From contig CM120641.1 of assembly GCA_051362555.1 (NCBI GenBank), positions 44,026,401 through 44,090,400 on the forward strand: a stretch of DNA of 64,000 nt, in the 5' to 3' direction. Positions within the stretch are counted from its first letter, which is position 1, and the number at the start of each line of letters is the position of its first letter. The notes beneath the pieces were generated by a model. It ran no database searches and was not told the origin of the DNA. It saw nothing but the letters and a program-made list of their open reading frames with translations. The stretch is from Lingula anatina. Lineage: Eukaryota > Animalia > Brachiopoda. Below, piece by piece: positions 1-12,184 of this stretch. The position numbers and the translations under genes were made by a program.

Positions 1-602
1 AAATTCTGGAACTTGCCACGACATCGTTGGGGGCTTCTTTTGCAAGTGCCTACCTGACTTTGCCGGCAAGTTCTGCGAAATCCGCCTCAACCCCTGCTCT
101 GCCCAACCATGTGAGAATCATGGAACTTGCATTCCAACTTCTGACGGACACCGATGTGATTGCCCGGCAGGATTCGCAGGAGACCGTTGCCAGATGGCCT
201 TATTGTGCCAGAAAAGCCCATGTCAGAACGGTGGTGTGTGCATTCCACAGAACAACCAAGCCACTTGCTTTTGTAAAGATGGCTATTTTGGTACCTTCTG
301 CCAGCATCCCCTCCACAAGTTGACCGGGTCCTCTACCGGGAACTACATTTGCTCCTATAATTGTAAATGCAATCACGGGATGAAAGGTACGTAAGCATTC
401 TTATCTGTAAGAAGTCACTTATCCTTGCAATACGATGAACATCCACGAACAGTATGCTGAGCATACGCGTTGCTTCCCAGCTCTTTTTGCATAAATGCAT
501 CCTTCGTAATCAGTAAGAGTGAATCACAGTTAAGCCCTGCAACAGAGCCGAAAATTCGTACAGGGAGTTGCGCCACCCAATCCCCCCCCCCCCCCCCCGC
601 CC

Positions 603-638
<36 letters not shown>

Positions 639-1095
639 CATACAAAATAAAAAAAAAATAATAATAATAAATAAAACACACGTAATCTATTTTGCAATAT
701 TAAATATTTGCAGATTTAATTATGCTTTTTCCTGCCAGTGGTAACTTTAAATGTTACCATATATTAAACATCACATAACTACATGATAATACTTTATAAT
801 AAAGTCAGTGAAATATATACCAGAGTACATGTACACTGATAAAGTATGGCTATATTTAAGTTACTTGTGTGAGACAAGCCAACAACAGAATTGTTCTGAC
901 AAAGCATTTTTCAGAAAAAGTACAGTTTTGTTATATGGTGAATTTTCCATTTAAGGTCAAAACTGCAACGAACGGGATCCTTGCGCTTACGTCGCGTGTC
1001 AGAATAAGGGAGTGTGTGTCTCCGAGTCCGAATTCGAATTCCAGTGTCTTTGCCGCCAGGGGCACTGCGGTCGCTTCTGCGAAGTCCAGTGCTGA
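1..1095 (+). CDS. 3' end of an EGF-repeat gene without a C-terminal TM helix (paralog of the C2-EGF genes downstream); exons <1-386, 956-1095
   Basis: Frame 2 from the window start reads NSGTCHDIVGGFFCKCLPDFAGKFC...CQNGGVC...CSYNCKCNHGMK, with donor AG|GTACGT after 386. The last exon 956-1095 (140 nt, GQNCNERDPCAYVACQNKGVC...GHCGRFCEVQC*) has the same length, phase and Cys pattern as terminal exon 5429-5568 of the next gene. The N-terminus is outside the window. Confidence 0.85.
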
Positions 1096-2230
1096 TAATT
1101 GAATGGATATGACACGAGTCACTTCGTAAAAACTTCGTAACAAAGGAAACTGATTGTTGAACTTCGGAAATATACTTCTTATTTTAGTTTTAAATGATAA
1201 AATTCAAATTTTTGATTAAGAAAAATATGATAATTTGTTTTTGATGGAAGTTACAATGATTAAAATCATATAATAATGCTCACGTTTTACCTTTACATAT
1301 TCTCTTTTATCATCAAAGTATACCCTCTAAAATCGTTAAAAAACCGTTTATTATCTGTCATTCAGTTCTAGGTTTCTCATTTTCACCTTTCATCTTAATT
1401 ATTTTAATAGATTAACAGGCTTATGTTCATAGTGTACAGGTTCGGTGCCATCTATGATTTTTTAATTTACCCGAGATAATTTGGATGCAATTAAGCCGTC
1501 CTAGTCGTCCGAAAGGAAAATAAGTTTTAAATATTTTTAACATGTAAAAAATTATCCACGTTACAGTTCGAATATCATGTGACCAGACGCAATGTTGAAA
1601 ACATATGTCTTCTTCGTCGGCTATAGAACTATTAAATTTAATTGAAACTTAATGTAATTTGATAAAACCATGATTGTGGGAAACAAAATCTCTGAAAGAA
1701 TGGTAATATTTTTTTCTTGTGCTCGATAATGAAACTAAATCATTTTATTCACAGAGATATAAGGTACAGTATGTGTGTGTGCGTGTGTAAAATCCCCGGT
1801 AATTTCCCGTATTCAACGCAAGAACAACTTCTTTTAAAATTCACTTTGATACTGCTAAAAGGGCAAACAAACCTGTCTTAATGGCAATCACAGTCACATC
1901 AGTGTCTTCACGGACATTTCTTTATTACTATTTACATATCAAGCATGTGTAGATATCAGAGGAAGAGATATCATTTCAATTACAGTTTGCTGGAATTATG
2001 ATGTAACGGATCAGTGGAGGTTAATTGTATGAGGTACTATCCTATCTCCCGGTCTTACTGTGCAACTAAGGTACAATATTTGGAACAAGACCTGTGGTGT
2101 AAACTGTGGATCTAGGACCAGTTCATTGCAGTTCGCAGTTAACTTCAAAGTTTTGCCTATTTGTGGTGAAGATGCTATTTTATAATACATTTTCCAGTAT
2201 ACTTCATACTTAAATTAAGTGATCGACAGA

Positions 2231-5200
2231 ATGAAGGTGAAATTTACCTCTTGTCTGTTATGCACGGTTATTTTACTCAAGGTGAGTTATTATTGCTGAT
2301 TTAAACTTGAACTATTCCGTCATTAACCTATACATTCTAGTCGTTGGCTTCTCTCGCGTCTTCATCTTTCTCTCCCTCTCTCTCTCTCTCTCACTCTCTC
2401 TCTTACACACACACACGCGTGCGCGCGCGCTCGCGCGCACACACTTTTCCTCCACTCCGTCTCCCCGTTCATACCGGTTCTTCTACAGCTTTTTGGATAA
2501 ATTTGATGTGTTTTTGAACAAGAACTGATACCAAAATATCTTCAAATTTTGATCTGTCTGGTAACTGGATTTTTATCACTGGGTTTTTACAACACTGGAC
2601 GCCACTGGCAAGATTGCTGTACGATTGACCTCGTTCAGAAATGAAAACCATCTCGATTTTAACGGTTATTGCTGCGAAAGTCCTACGTGGACGACTTCGT
2701 GTACTCAGCCATGTGATAGTGCATTCAAACTGTGCTTTGACACCATTCTAGGGTAAGTTGTTACACGGTAATTGTGTCAATTCCCCGCTATTTCTCAATG
2801 TCGTACATGTAGCCAATCGGCTCAATATGCTCAACTGTTGCTATTATGTTATTGTGTTAGTAAGAGCATTTCAATTTCTGAAATATATCTATAAAAACAC
2901 ATTCATCAAAATGGTCACGTGATTGATACTTTTATTATATAGAGTTTCTGGCAATCTTTTAAGATATTTTTCTACTAAGTGATTCCACTAAAATCTGGTA
3001 TTAAATCAATAAAAAATAAGATTGAAATGCAATGTGTACATTGTAGAAGCAATACACTTAGCCATTGTGTGTACGGATCCGTTGGTTATATAGGGAATAT
3101 ACAAGACAGGTACATCACCTTCCGTGATCATTCCTTATTTGCGAAACCCTTTCAAGCCAGTTTCACGACATGGCCGGTGAGTAACACAGAATTAAAAAAT
3201 AAACGCACATGTTTGCCTTTTGTTTCTAATAACGTCTAACGAAAAAAAGGACGCTGCTTAATTTGATTTTTTAGAATAATTTAGACCTATCAATTTGCTG
3301 TCAGGTTAATATATTATAGGAGTATATAATATGCTGATTGCTAACAAAACTCGTCTTGCGAAAATAGGTTCTTCATTACAAATAACAGATATTGTCCTCT
3401 CTTCCCCTAAATAAAAATTAGTATTCATTTTAAAGAAAATGCATAAAAATACATTAAAATTAATATAACCAACAATTATACATATTTTAAATTTTTCAGA
3501 CTATTTGTATTAATCGGTGTGTTCAATTTTCTTGCTTATAGGGCTCTTTCAAACTGAAAATAGGCGTTTTAGATAGAGACAGTACTTTTGCGGATAGTGA
3601 ATTGGTTGACTTTTTGTGGACATCGATTATCACAAACGCTGCAGCAAGCGAAAGTACGGCTTCATGGACCAGACGATCAATGAAAGGGACCAGAAAAAGA
3701 GAACCTACTTCGTACGTTAGTGTTTCAAACTTTTTTCTATATAATTGGCTGTTTGTGTTTTTAACTATACAAATCTTTGTATCTGATATACTCGTTCTTT
3801 TCTTATTATCTGATGAGTACTTTCCCGAGAAAATAGGAAATTGCTCCACGATTCAAAGAAATATCTTCTTTCAGAGAATATGTTTTTCTTCAAAATATGT
3901 TTTGTTGTTGCTCCTTTTTAAATTAGAATCACTGCACGCAAGATTTTAACGTGTTTTCCCTCATTAAATGACAGATATGTTGTGATACTTTTCTTATTTT
4001 TTTATGTCAGATTGCTTCTGCAGTTTGCGGTGTATTGTGATCCAGGTGCGGTTTAAACGCTTTCTTTTCAATTTTAAAGTGTCCGGTTGCACATACCTTT
4101 TCCACTCATAAAACAATACATTTATTAACAAAGAATCCAAAATAACAAGATTGACAATCAATAAAATAAACAGATGTGATGTGGAATGTGCTTTTATACT
4201 TTCAATAGACTGTCAAGACGCGTATGATCAGTTTTGATAAAAATATACATGTTGTGATATTGAAAAGTAATAATACCATCATGTAATCACGAAATTGTAT
4301 ATTTTAGGTTGGAAAGGGGCTGACTGCAACGAGTGCGAGGTCAACCATTGCAAAAATGGAGGCAGCTGTGGCTATGATTCTGCCAAGGAGCAAAAGCAAT
4401 GCACCTGCCCAGTCAGGTACACAGGGACTTCCTGCGAGGTTTCCATAGATGATTGTGCCAGCGGCCCATGCTTAAACGGTGGAAATTGCTTTGATAATGT
4501 GAACTCCTACACGTGCCAGTGCCCACTTGGGTTTAAGGGGACTAACTGTGAAATCAACATCGACGACTGCGCGAGCAGCCCGTGTAAATACGGCGCAACC
4601 TGCAAGGATGGGGTGCATTCCTACACGTGCAAATGTGCTCCTGGTTTTCTTAGCGGGCACTGTGAGAACTTCGATGTTTGTTATTTCAATCCATGCAAAA
4701 ATGGCGCCAAATGCATCGACAATACCAACTCGTACTCTTGCCAGTGTAGGGAGGGGTTTCAAGGTAGCCGGTGCGAAACCGCCACGTGTACTCCAAATCC
4801 CTGCAAGAATAACAGTTACTGCCAACTCAAAGGTGGAACTTACGAATGCTTCTGTACCAATGGATACTACGGCACACAGTGTGAGTTTAAAATGACGGAC
4901 CAATGCATGAGCGAACCGCCGACATCAACCGTCTCTGGAAACGACCTGTGTTCACAGAACTGCAGGTGCAAGCCAGGGTACACAGGTATGGATCTACGTC
5001 CATATCAATATGTACATGTTTGATAACTTATCTTAAGTATATATAAAGTACTTTCATTATACCTACAAAAATGCCTGTCAAATATTTTTAATGCACTGCA
5101 GTTTGACACAAAGCTTTGCAGCAAAATCATAATCTTGACTAAGAAATTTAGAATAGTTATTCGTCCGACCCCATGGTACAGTTGCCGTGGGTGCTGGCTT

Positions 5201-5568
5201 CTTTTTTTTTAAATACCCACATATGCCTGCATGTATACATTGGTAGATGTTGAAATAAAGAAGCTGAAATCCATCGTTCTGAAACTCATGGTAATTCTAT
5301 GAAATTAATATTTGCCTGTACTGGATTTCAGGGCCAACCTAATTATCATATTATATCATTATTATCATTATTTAGCCTCTGAGGCTCTAGGTAAAAAAAT
5401 ATTCGTTTTCTTTTTTTTATCATTTTAGGGAAAAACTGCACCGAGCTACACCCTTGCACTAATGTCCAATGTCGCAACAGAGGAATCTGTGTTTCCGAAA
5501 CTGGTTCCAGTTACGAGTGTCTCTGCCGTCGTGGGTACTGCGGTCAGTTTTGTGAGAACCGGTGCTGA
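2231..5568 (+). CDS. Secreted Delta-like C2(MNNL)-EGF protein lacking a full DSL domain, copy A (~457 aa); exons 2231-2281, 2583-2752, 3047-3176, 3542-3711, 4011-4045, 4308-4985, 5429-5568
   Basis: Signal peptide MKVKFTSCLLCTVILLK. The N-terminal domain ATGKIAVRLTSFRNENHLDFNGYCC..CDSAFKLCFD..CVYGS..PFQASFTTWPGSFKLKIGVLD matches the Delta/Jagged C2 pattern (G-x-F-E-L..N..CC..C-x-T-F-F-x-V-C..C-x-YG..F..TWPG-x-F-x-L). It is followed by VYCDPGWKGADC and EGF repeats, with no TM helix. Exons sum to 1374 nt. The exon-2 acceptor reads TGG instead of TAG, which lowers confidence in the model. Confidence 0.75.
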
Positions 5569-6242
5569 TAATGACCAATGGGCAGCGCAAGAACTTTAGG
5601 TCCTTCGTGGAATGGACGATCCATAAACATAAGTCCATAAACATAGGACCTACTCAATATAGAGATTTATGTAGTTTCAATGTTTTCTTTCTGTGTTAGA
5701 GACAAGCATCCTGACAACAGAAAGTTACTATCATTTCAGTCTTTTTAAAATAGTATTAAAATATGAATGTAAAAGCAATAAAGGCACTGCACGAAATTAT
5801 ATGAAACTAGCACGTCGAGCATGTAACCCACCAATGAAGAAAATATGTAATAGGCGTCTGTTTAATTGGAATGCTGTATTCTGAAGGGGCCTGAAGTTGA
5901 TTGTTGCATTTTTGGATGGAAAATATTCAGTTCTTTTAGGAAATATAACCACCAGCGAATTTAACCAATTTTTGCTGACTTAATCGCACTATAGGAATAA
6001 GGCATTTGATTTTCAAGAAGAAATAAAAAAATCTTTGAGCCAGTACAATCAGGAGCTTCTTTGTTAGTTCTTGGCCTTCCATTCCCAGTCATGTCAACGT
6101 GTGAGACACAGTGGCCAGATTTTCGATGAATCCCATTTCAAATCGGGTTTAATTGGTATACCTGTACAAATGATTACTGATTTCTGCCAACTTCAGTCTT
6201 TATTTACTTTTTAAAACTGACCCTTGGACGCTGCCATGAAGG

Positions 6243-6706
6243 AAATACTTCTATTTCCGCCAAGCAATAGCCGCTACATGTACCACAATAAAGACCACAG
6301 CAATCGCCAGTTCGTCCCAATTTTCAGTGACTGAAATAAACATTAAGTCATATGGATACACGCTCCATCTTTAATCTTTTAGATAGTCTCAATAATCAAG
6401 AAATAACATTTGTGCATCAAACAATTTCATTAGATTGTCAAACTGACAACATCGATGATGTTTTTGTCACCGCACTTTCACAGATGTCACTTACTGGCGG
6501 TGATGTAGACGTGACATCAGGATTAACGGCATTAAGTGTGGAGTTGCCCCCCGTTATACACCTTTAAGCCGGCAGGCAGGTCGTTCCTTATCTCTGCGTG
6601 TATCTCTTCTGCTTACCTATCCTGCAAAGCAGGTCTGACCTCGCTCGAGGACAACTGTCGTCCATTTAAGGTCACTTTAAAGGAAAGCCCGGTCATTTTT
6701 TCTTTG
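6243..6706 (-). pseudogene. Relic of the SEA-like and TM exons of the 12185-21027 gene
   Basis: 6481-6545 is near-identical to 13043-13107, and 6245-6370 aligns to 12801-12945. The translation REKMTGLSFKVTLNGRQLSSSEVRPALQDR* has an in-frame TAA (6613-6615) and a 1-nt insertion in a G-run. The TM exon (NWDELAIAVVFIVVHVAAIAWRK*) is out of frame with its acceptor. Confidence 0.85.
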
Positions 6707-6867
6707 CGAATTGGATAATACCGTGTCACTCTAGACGTAACGTAAAATACACATCGGACAATTTGGCGATGGAACTAGACCCGTAGTGCAAACGGTAAAT
6801 CTAGATACAGTTCATCGCGGTTCGCGATATTTTTACTTCAAAACGTTGTCTGCGGGTGGGCGGCAAA

Positions 6868-9393
6868 ATGAAGGGAAATGTTACCTACTGGCTGTTATCC
6901 ATGGTGATTTTCATGAAGGTGAGTAATTTTTGGAGGGTTCAATCTGATAACTCTCTCTCATGCAAACATCCTATTTTTCTTTCCCCTCTCTCCCTGTATT
7001 TCATTTATTCTTGGGCTATTTCTATAAATTCGCTGTGTTCTTGAACAAGAATAGATACTTAAATCTGCTAATATATATATATACTTCTATCTGGTACCTG
7101 ATTTTTATTACTAGATTTTTACAACACTCGACGCCACTGGCAAGATTGCTGTACGCTTAACTTCGTTCAAAAATGAAAACTATTTCGACTTTAACGGTTA
7201 TTGTTGCGAAAGTACCAGGTGGACGACTTCGTGTACCCAGTCATGTGATAGCGCATTTAAATTGTGCTTTGACACCGCTCTGGGGTAAGTTTGATGGTTA
7301 ATTAATAATTCGGCTATTACTAATGCCGTGCCCGATCGGCGTGCTTAACTGTTGCTATGATGTATTAGTAAGAGCACTTCAATTCCTGACATGAATCTAT
7401 CTAGATGTACTCACCGAAATTATCACGTGGTTGGTACTTAAAAGTAAAAAGTTTCTGGCAATCTTTTAACCTGCGTTTTCTACTTAATGATTCCACTTAC
7501 CAAGAAATACATTTGGACATAAACACAATCTTAATAGAAATTGATATGGGGATTCAAAACAGTAAATATCCTGCAAGTCTCTTATTCCCATCTTTATGTA
7601 TTGGTCACCAACTCTTTATATCAAAATGTGGTATGATATGAATTAGAGACGAACCCTTAATGCTGTTTGAATATTTTTAGATTTGATACACTCAGCTATT
7701 GTGCGTATGGATCCGTTGGTTATATAGGGAATATACCAGACAGGTTCATCACCTTCCGTGACCATTCCTTATTTTCGAAACCCTTTAAAGCCAGTTTCAC
7801 GACATGGCCGGTGAGTACATAACACAAGTAGATAAATAAACAGGAGTGATCTTTGTTTGTAACGTGGCTGATATAAGTTCGTGATGATAGTATATTTTTG
7901 GCCTGACAACTCGCTATCAAGCCGGTGAAATAACATTGCATAGTGCATAACGTTTACCGAACTTGCCTGGCATAAAGGGGCCCTTCTTTACAAAAGAGAA
8001 AAATTTTATCCTCTTCCCATGTATAGAATTTTTATAAATTCCATCAATGCATATAAACAACAATTACACTTACCTAAGACTTTGTAAATTATTTAGAATG
8101 AACTGTATTGCCAATTTCTTACTTATAGGGCTCTTCCAAACTGAAAATTGGTGTTATAGATAGAGACGGTTCTTTGGCGGATAGTGACATGGTTGACTAC
8201 CTTTGGACATTCATTATCACAAAAGCCGCAGCAAGCGAAAGCTCGGCACCGTGGACCAGTCGATTAATTAAAGGAACCAGAAAAAGAGAACCCACGACGT
8301 GCGTTTTTGAGCTCTAATCTTTGTTCTTTAAATCAAATAAGCTGTATGTACGTTCAATTTTTAACGACACAAATCAAAATAGCCGATAAACCGTTCTTGT
8401 CATGCCTTTGATATGTATGTTACCGAGAGAGTTGTAAATTGTTTCGTTAGTCTTAAAACGCGATTCACATAACGTGTATCACCCTTTTTTAAAAGTTTTA
8501 TTGTTGCTTATTTCTAATTAGAAGTGCTGTCAGAGTATAGCGTTTTTATCTCTAGGAATTAATAATATGTTGACATACTTTATTATCTTATTTTTCATAA
8601 GATTGCTTCTGGAGTTTGCCGTGTATTGTGATCCAGGTGCGGTATAAACGCTAACTTTTCAAGTTGAAAGTGTCTGGTTGCAATTAAAAAAAAATAGAGT
8701 ATTAAACCACGTTTTATCCGTTTCGATAAAAATATGAGATTCTAAGATAATGAAAAATAGCAATACCATCATATAATCATGATATTGCATGTTTTAGGTT
8801 GGAAAGGGACTGACTGCAACGAATGCGCGGTCAACCATTGCAAAAATGGAGGCACATGTAGCTATAATTCTGCCAAGAGGCAAAAACATTGCACCTGCCC
8901 AGTCGGTTACACAGGGACGTTATGTGAGGTTTCCATAGATGATTGTGCCAGCCGCCCATGCTTAAACGGTGGAACCTGCTATGATAATGTGAACTCCTAC
9001 ACGTGCCAGTGCCCACGTGGGTTTAAGGGGACTAATTGTGAAATCAACATCGACGACTGCGCGAGCAGCCCGTGTAAATACGGCGCGACCTGCATTGATG
9101 GGGTGCATTCCTACACGTGCAAATGTGCTTCTGGTTTTCTTGGCAGGCACTGCGAGAATTTCGACCTTTGTTATTTCAATCCATGCAAGAATGGCGCTAA
9201 ATGCATCGACAATACCAACTCGTACTCTTGCCAGTGTAGGGAGGGGTTCCAAGGTAGCCGGTGCGAAACCGCCACGTGTACTCCAAATCCCTGCAAGAAT
9301 AACAGTTACTGCCAACTCAAAGGTGGAACTTACGAATGTTTCTGTACCAATGGATACTACGGCACACAGTGTGAGTTGAAAGTGACGACCTAA
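6868..9393 (+). CDS. Secreted Delta-like C2(MNNL)-EGF protein lacking a full DSL domain, copy B (~383 aa); exons 6868-6918, 7115-7284, 7681-7810, 8129-8298, 8602-8636, 8798-9393
   Basis: Exon lengths equal those of copy A (51/170/130/170/35) and all introns are GT-AG. Signal peptide MKGNVTYWLLSMVIFMK, then the C2 domain, VYCDPGWKGTDC and 5 EGFs. It stops at TAA 9391-9393, where copy A continues. Exons sum to 1152 nt. Confidence 0.85.
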
Positions 9394-10330
9394 GGATGAG
9401 CGGTTCGCCGTCATCAACCTTCTTTGGAAAAAGCGGAAGAATCTTTCGTTGATGGACAATCCGTGAAAATTTCGGAATGAGGGAGAGTTTCACAAAGATG
9501 TTTTTGTTTTAGAAAGATATATCAGTGTAAGCAACATGAAGTTGTTATTATTTGAATTTTAAATATAAACGTATTTTGGACGGACCTAAGTTGATTATTG
9601 TAGTTCCTCTTGGTAGGCAACATTCAGTGCTAATGTGAAATACCATAACCAGGATAGTTAATGGATTGTTGTTGGCTCAACGGCCCTATGGAATTTTGGC
9701 ATTTGCTTTTCGAGAAGAAATAAAATTAAGCCAACAACATTTTTTAATTCATGCACCTGCAGACCTTCCAACCAGATCAACCAGATAGTGTCCAAATTTT
9801 CGCCGAATTTAATTTCATTTCAAATTGGCGGTTTATATGCAATAATAATTGAAATGAGCGCTATATTTCACTTCTCACATTCGCACTTACATAAGCTCAC
9901 GTGCTTGGCTATTATTTGTAATTAATTATGTAGTTTGTTTCGTTCAAACAGAGTCACTGCTGCTGCTGCTGCACATGCGTAAGCGCTTTATGCTTGCCCC
10001 ACATCTAAGACAGTTACGACGACAGTACAAAAGGAAATATAAACATACAATGTTTTAGAAAAAAATTTGAGGTAAGCTGCAATGACTGCTGGATTTCTTT
10101 ATTTCTGAAAAAGCATTAACAAACAATCCCCGACGACTTTGATTATGACAGTCACCATGTTGGCTTGCAACGCTGTTATTTTAGCATTAAGCAGTCCTAG
10201 CGTCATATTACTGAAACGGTTCTTAACAGGGGGTTGAAATCTCAAGACAGAAGTTCGTTGAGGAGATTGATAAATCTGACATTTTGTCTTTTTTTTAGTA
10301 GTTTGTGCACTGATAAACTAGATATGTTGG

Positions 10331-10593
10331 CACTGAGAATAAAATTGTCATTTGACTCTTTAGTCAGAGTCCAGCACCCCTTGACCCTCATGGAGTTAAT
10401 TTGAATCCTATATAAGGGTCAAATTACCCCACTACTTTAGACTCTCTTATCAGAGTCAATCACCCCTGGCTCTCATGGAGTCAATCTGACTCTAAAATCA
10501 GAGTTAGTTTACCGGGGACCAGTGTCTGGCTGACCCCTTTCGCCGACTCTTTTCGCTCGCTAAACAGTAAACAGACCGATTTTATTTTCAGTG
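10331..10593. mobile_element. Non-autonomous CMC/EnSpm(CACT)-like DNA transposon
   Basis: Termini CACTGAGAATAAAATTG and CGATTTTTATTTTCAGTG are inverted, with GG on both sides (2-bp TSD). The interior is made of GACTCT..AGAGTC subterminal palindromic repeats. Confidence 0.6.
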
Positions 10594-11750
10594 GGCCTTA
10601 TTCGTCCCAAATGTGCCCATAAAATATTTTGCAGGTGCTTCCTTATGCCCCGATTTAAGAGTGCATCGGTACATTCAGTTTTTGCCATGAAGTAACCAAA
10701 TAAAAGGTCGTTATCATTGTGCTTCAATAAGCGACACATAGAATAGAGAAAACAATTCAAATTTACGTGAATTATTTTAGTCTTTTTATTTCGCTTATAA
10801 ATAATACTTATACTGTATAAATGTGTTACCCTTTGAAAGACTATGTATGGCAAGATAAAAAACAAAGATAAAATATCACCTATACATTAATATAACTTTG
10901 TATAATAACTCAAACTAACCAGATACAAATACACCCTGACGCGCGTTCACATACAAACATACGCGCACAGGAATGACCTATAATGACATCGGTAAGATCT
11001 AGGGAAATAAACACACTTTTGATTTTTCTACCATTAACTTGAGCTCTTTTATACAGCAACACGAACCTTTATCTTTTAAACATAAACCTATTTATATAAA
11101 CCTTGAAATATATTATATACAAACGTCTACTTGCAGAAGTTAATGTAAAAAAAAAAGAAGGCGCAGGCATTCACATGCATACGCAAGTGGACAGACACAA
11201 ACGAAAGAACACAAAGGCATAGAAAAGAGTATTAACATATGTTCCTGTTAAATAACTATAGTGAAAGCGAATGCATCGCCACTCTAAATGATATCTCGCT
11301 GGAAGGGCGTTTAAAAATAACCACGAATATAATTTTTATCTACTTTAATACCTAAATGATGCCCTTCCTCACGATTTAATCTTTTGATTTTTGCTTTCTT
11401 CATTTTTTCTTTCAATCGGTAGTTAAAAGTTTATTAGACATTGTATATTCCTTTTAGTGGTATATAATAAAAATATACTACGTCTTTAAAAAGCTTATTG
11501 CCAAATAAAAAAATACTGTAACTTTAGAAAGGGTCTGTGTATCAAAAGCTAAAGATTCGTTAGAACTGGCACATCGCTTAAGATCTCGACGTATTTTTAA
11601 GAAAATCACACAAACTGTATATTAAAGTGACACAGTTCTTCTACAGGCACATTAAACTAGAAAATTTTGCCTCATTACTCAACATGACCTTTTAAGTAAA
11701 AAATCAACGAAAGAATACTTTACATGTATTCGTGTTGTCTTTGTATTCGT

Positions 11751-11952
11751 TTTCCCATAGATTTTAGATCGATCTATCCCCGTGGGGAGCCTCACTAGAT
11801 TACTGGTAGTAAATCCGGCTTAAATGTCCGTCCTGCCTATTACAAGCTGTAAGGGGGTAATTAACTTTCGTGCCGGCTCGGCTGACAGCTATTTAGCGTG
11901 AACCCCCAGGGAGTTAAGTCGATCTAGTTTGGATCGATCTCATCTCTGGGAA
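11751..11952. mobile_element. Degenerate MITE-like inverted-repeat element
   Basis: Left end TTCCCATAGATTTTAGATCGATCTA versus reverse complement of the right end TTCCCAGAGATGAGATCGATCC. About 200 bp, non-coding. Confidence 0.4.
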
Positions 11953-12184
11953 TGGGGTCTTTGTCCCTTGATATGCAATTAGTATAACCTCAGGACGGAA
12001 TATTTTTGTTTACGGCATCTTACATGTACTTGCCACATCGAGGCAGGAAATGAAAGCTATTTCTTGAAATATGACCAACATTATAGATGGAACAATTGCG
12101 TCTGATCATAATGGTTGATCAAGGCGAATGAGAATGGTATGATGAAAAATTGAAAATAATGACTATATAATTTTTCATAAGATG

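Noticed and set aside
4472-9459. Overlapping alternative-frame and antisense ORFs over the EGF exons of copies A and B
   Set aside because: By-products of the GC-richer EGF codon usage, duplicated along with the real exon.
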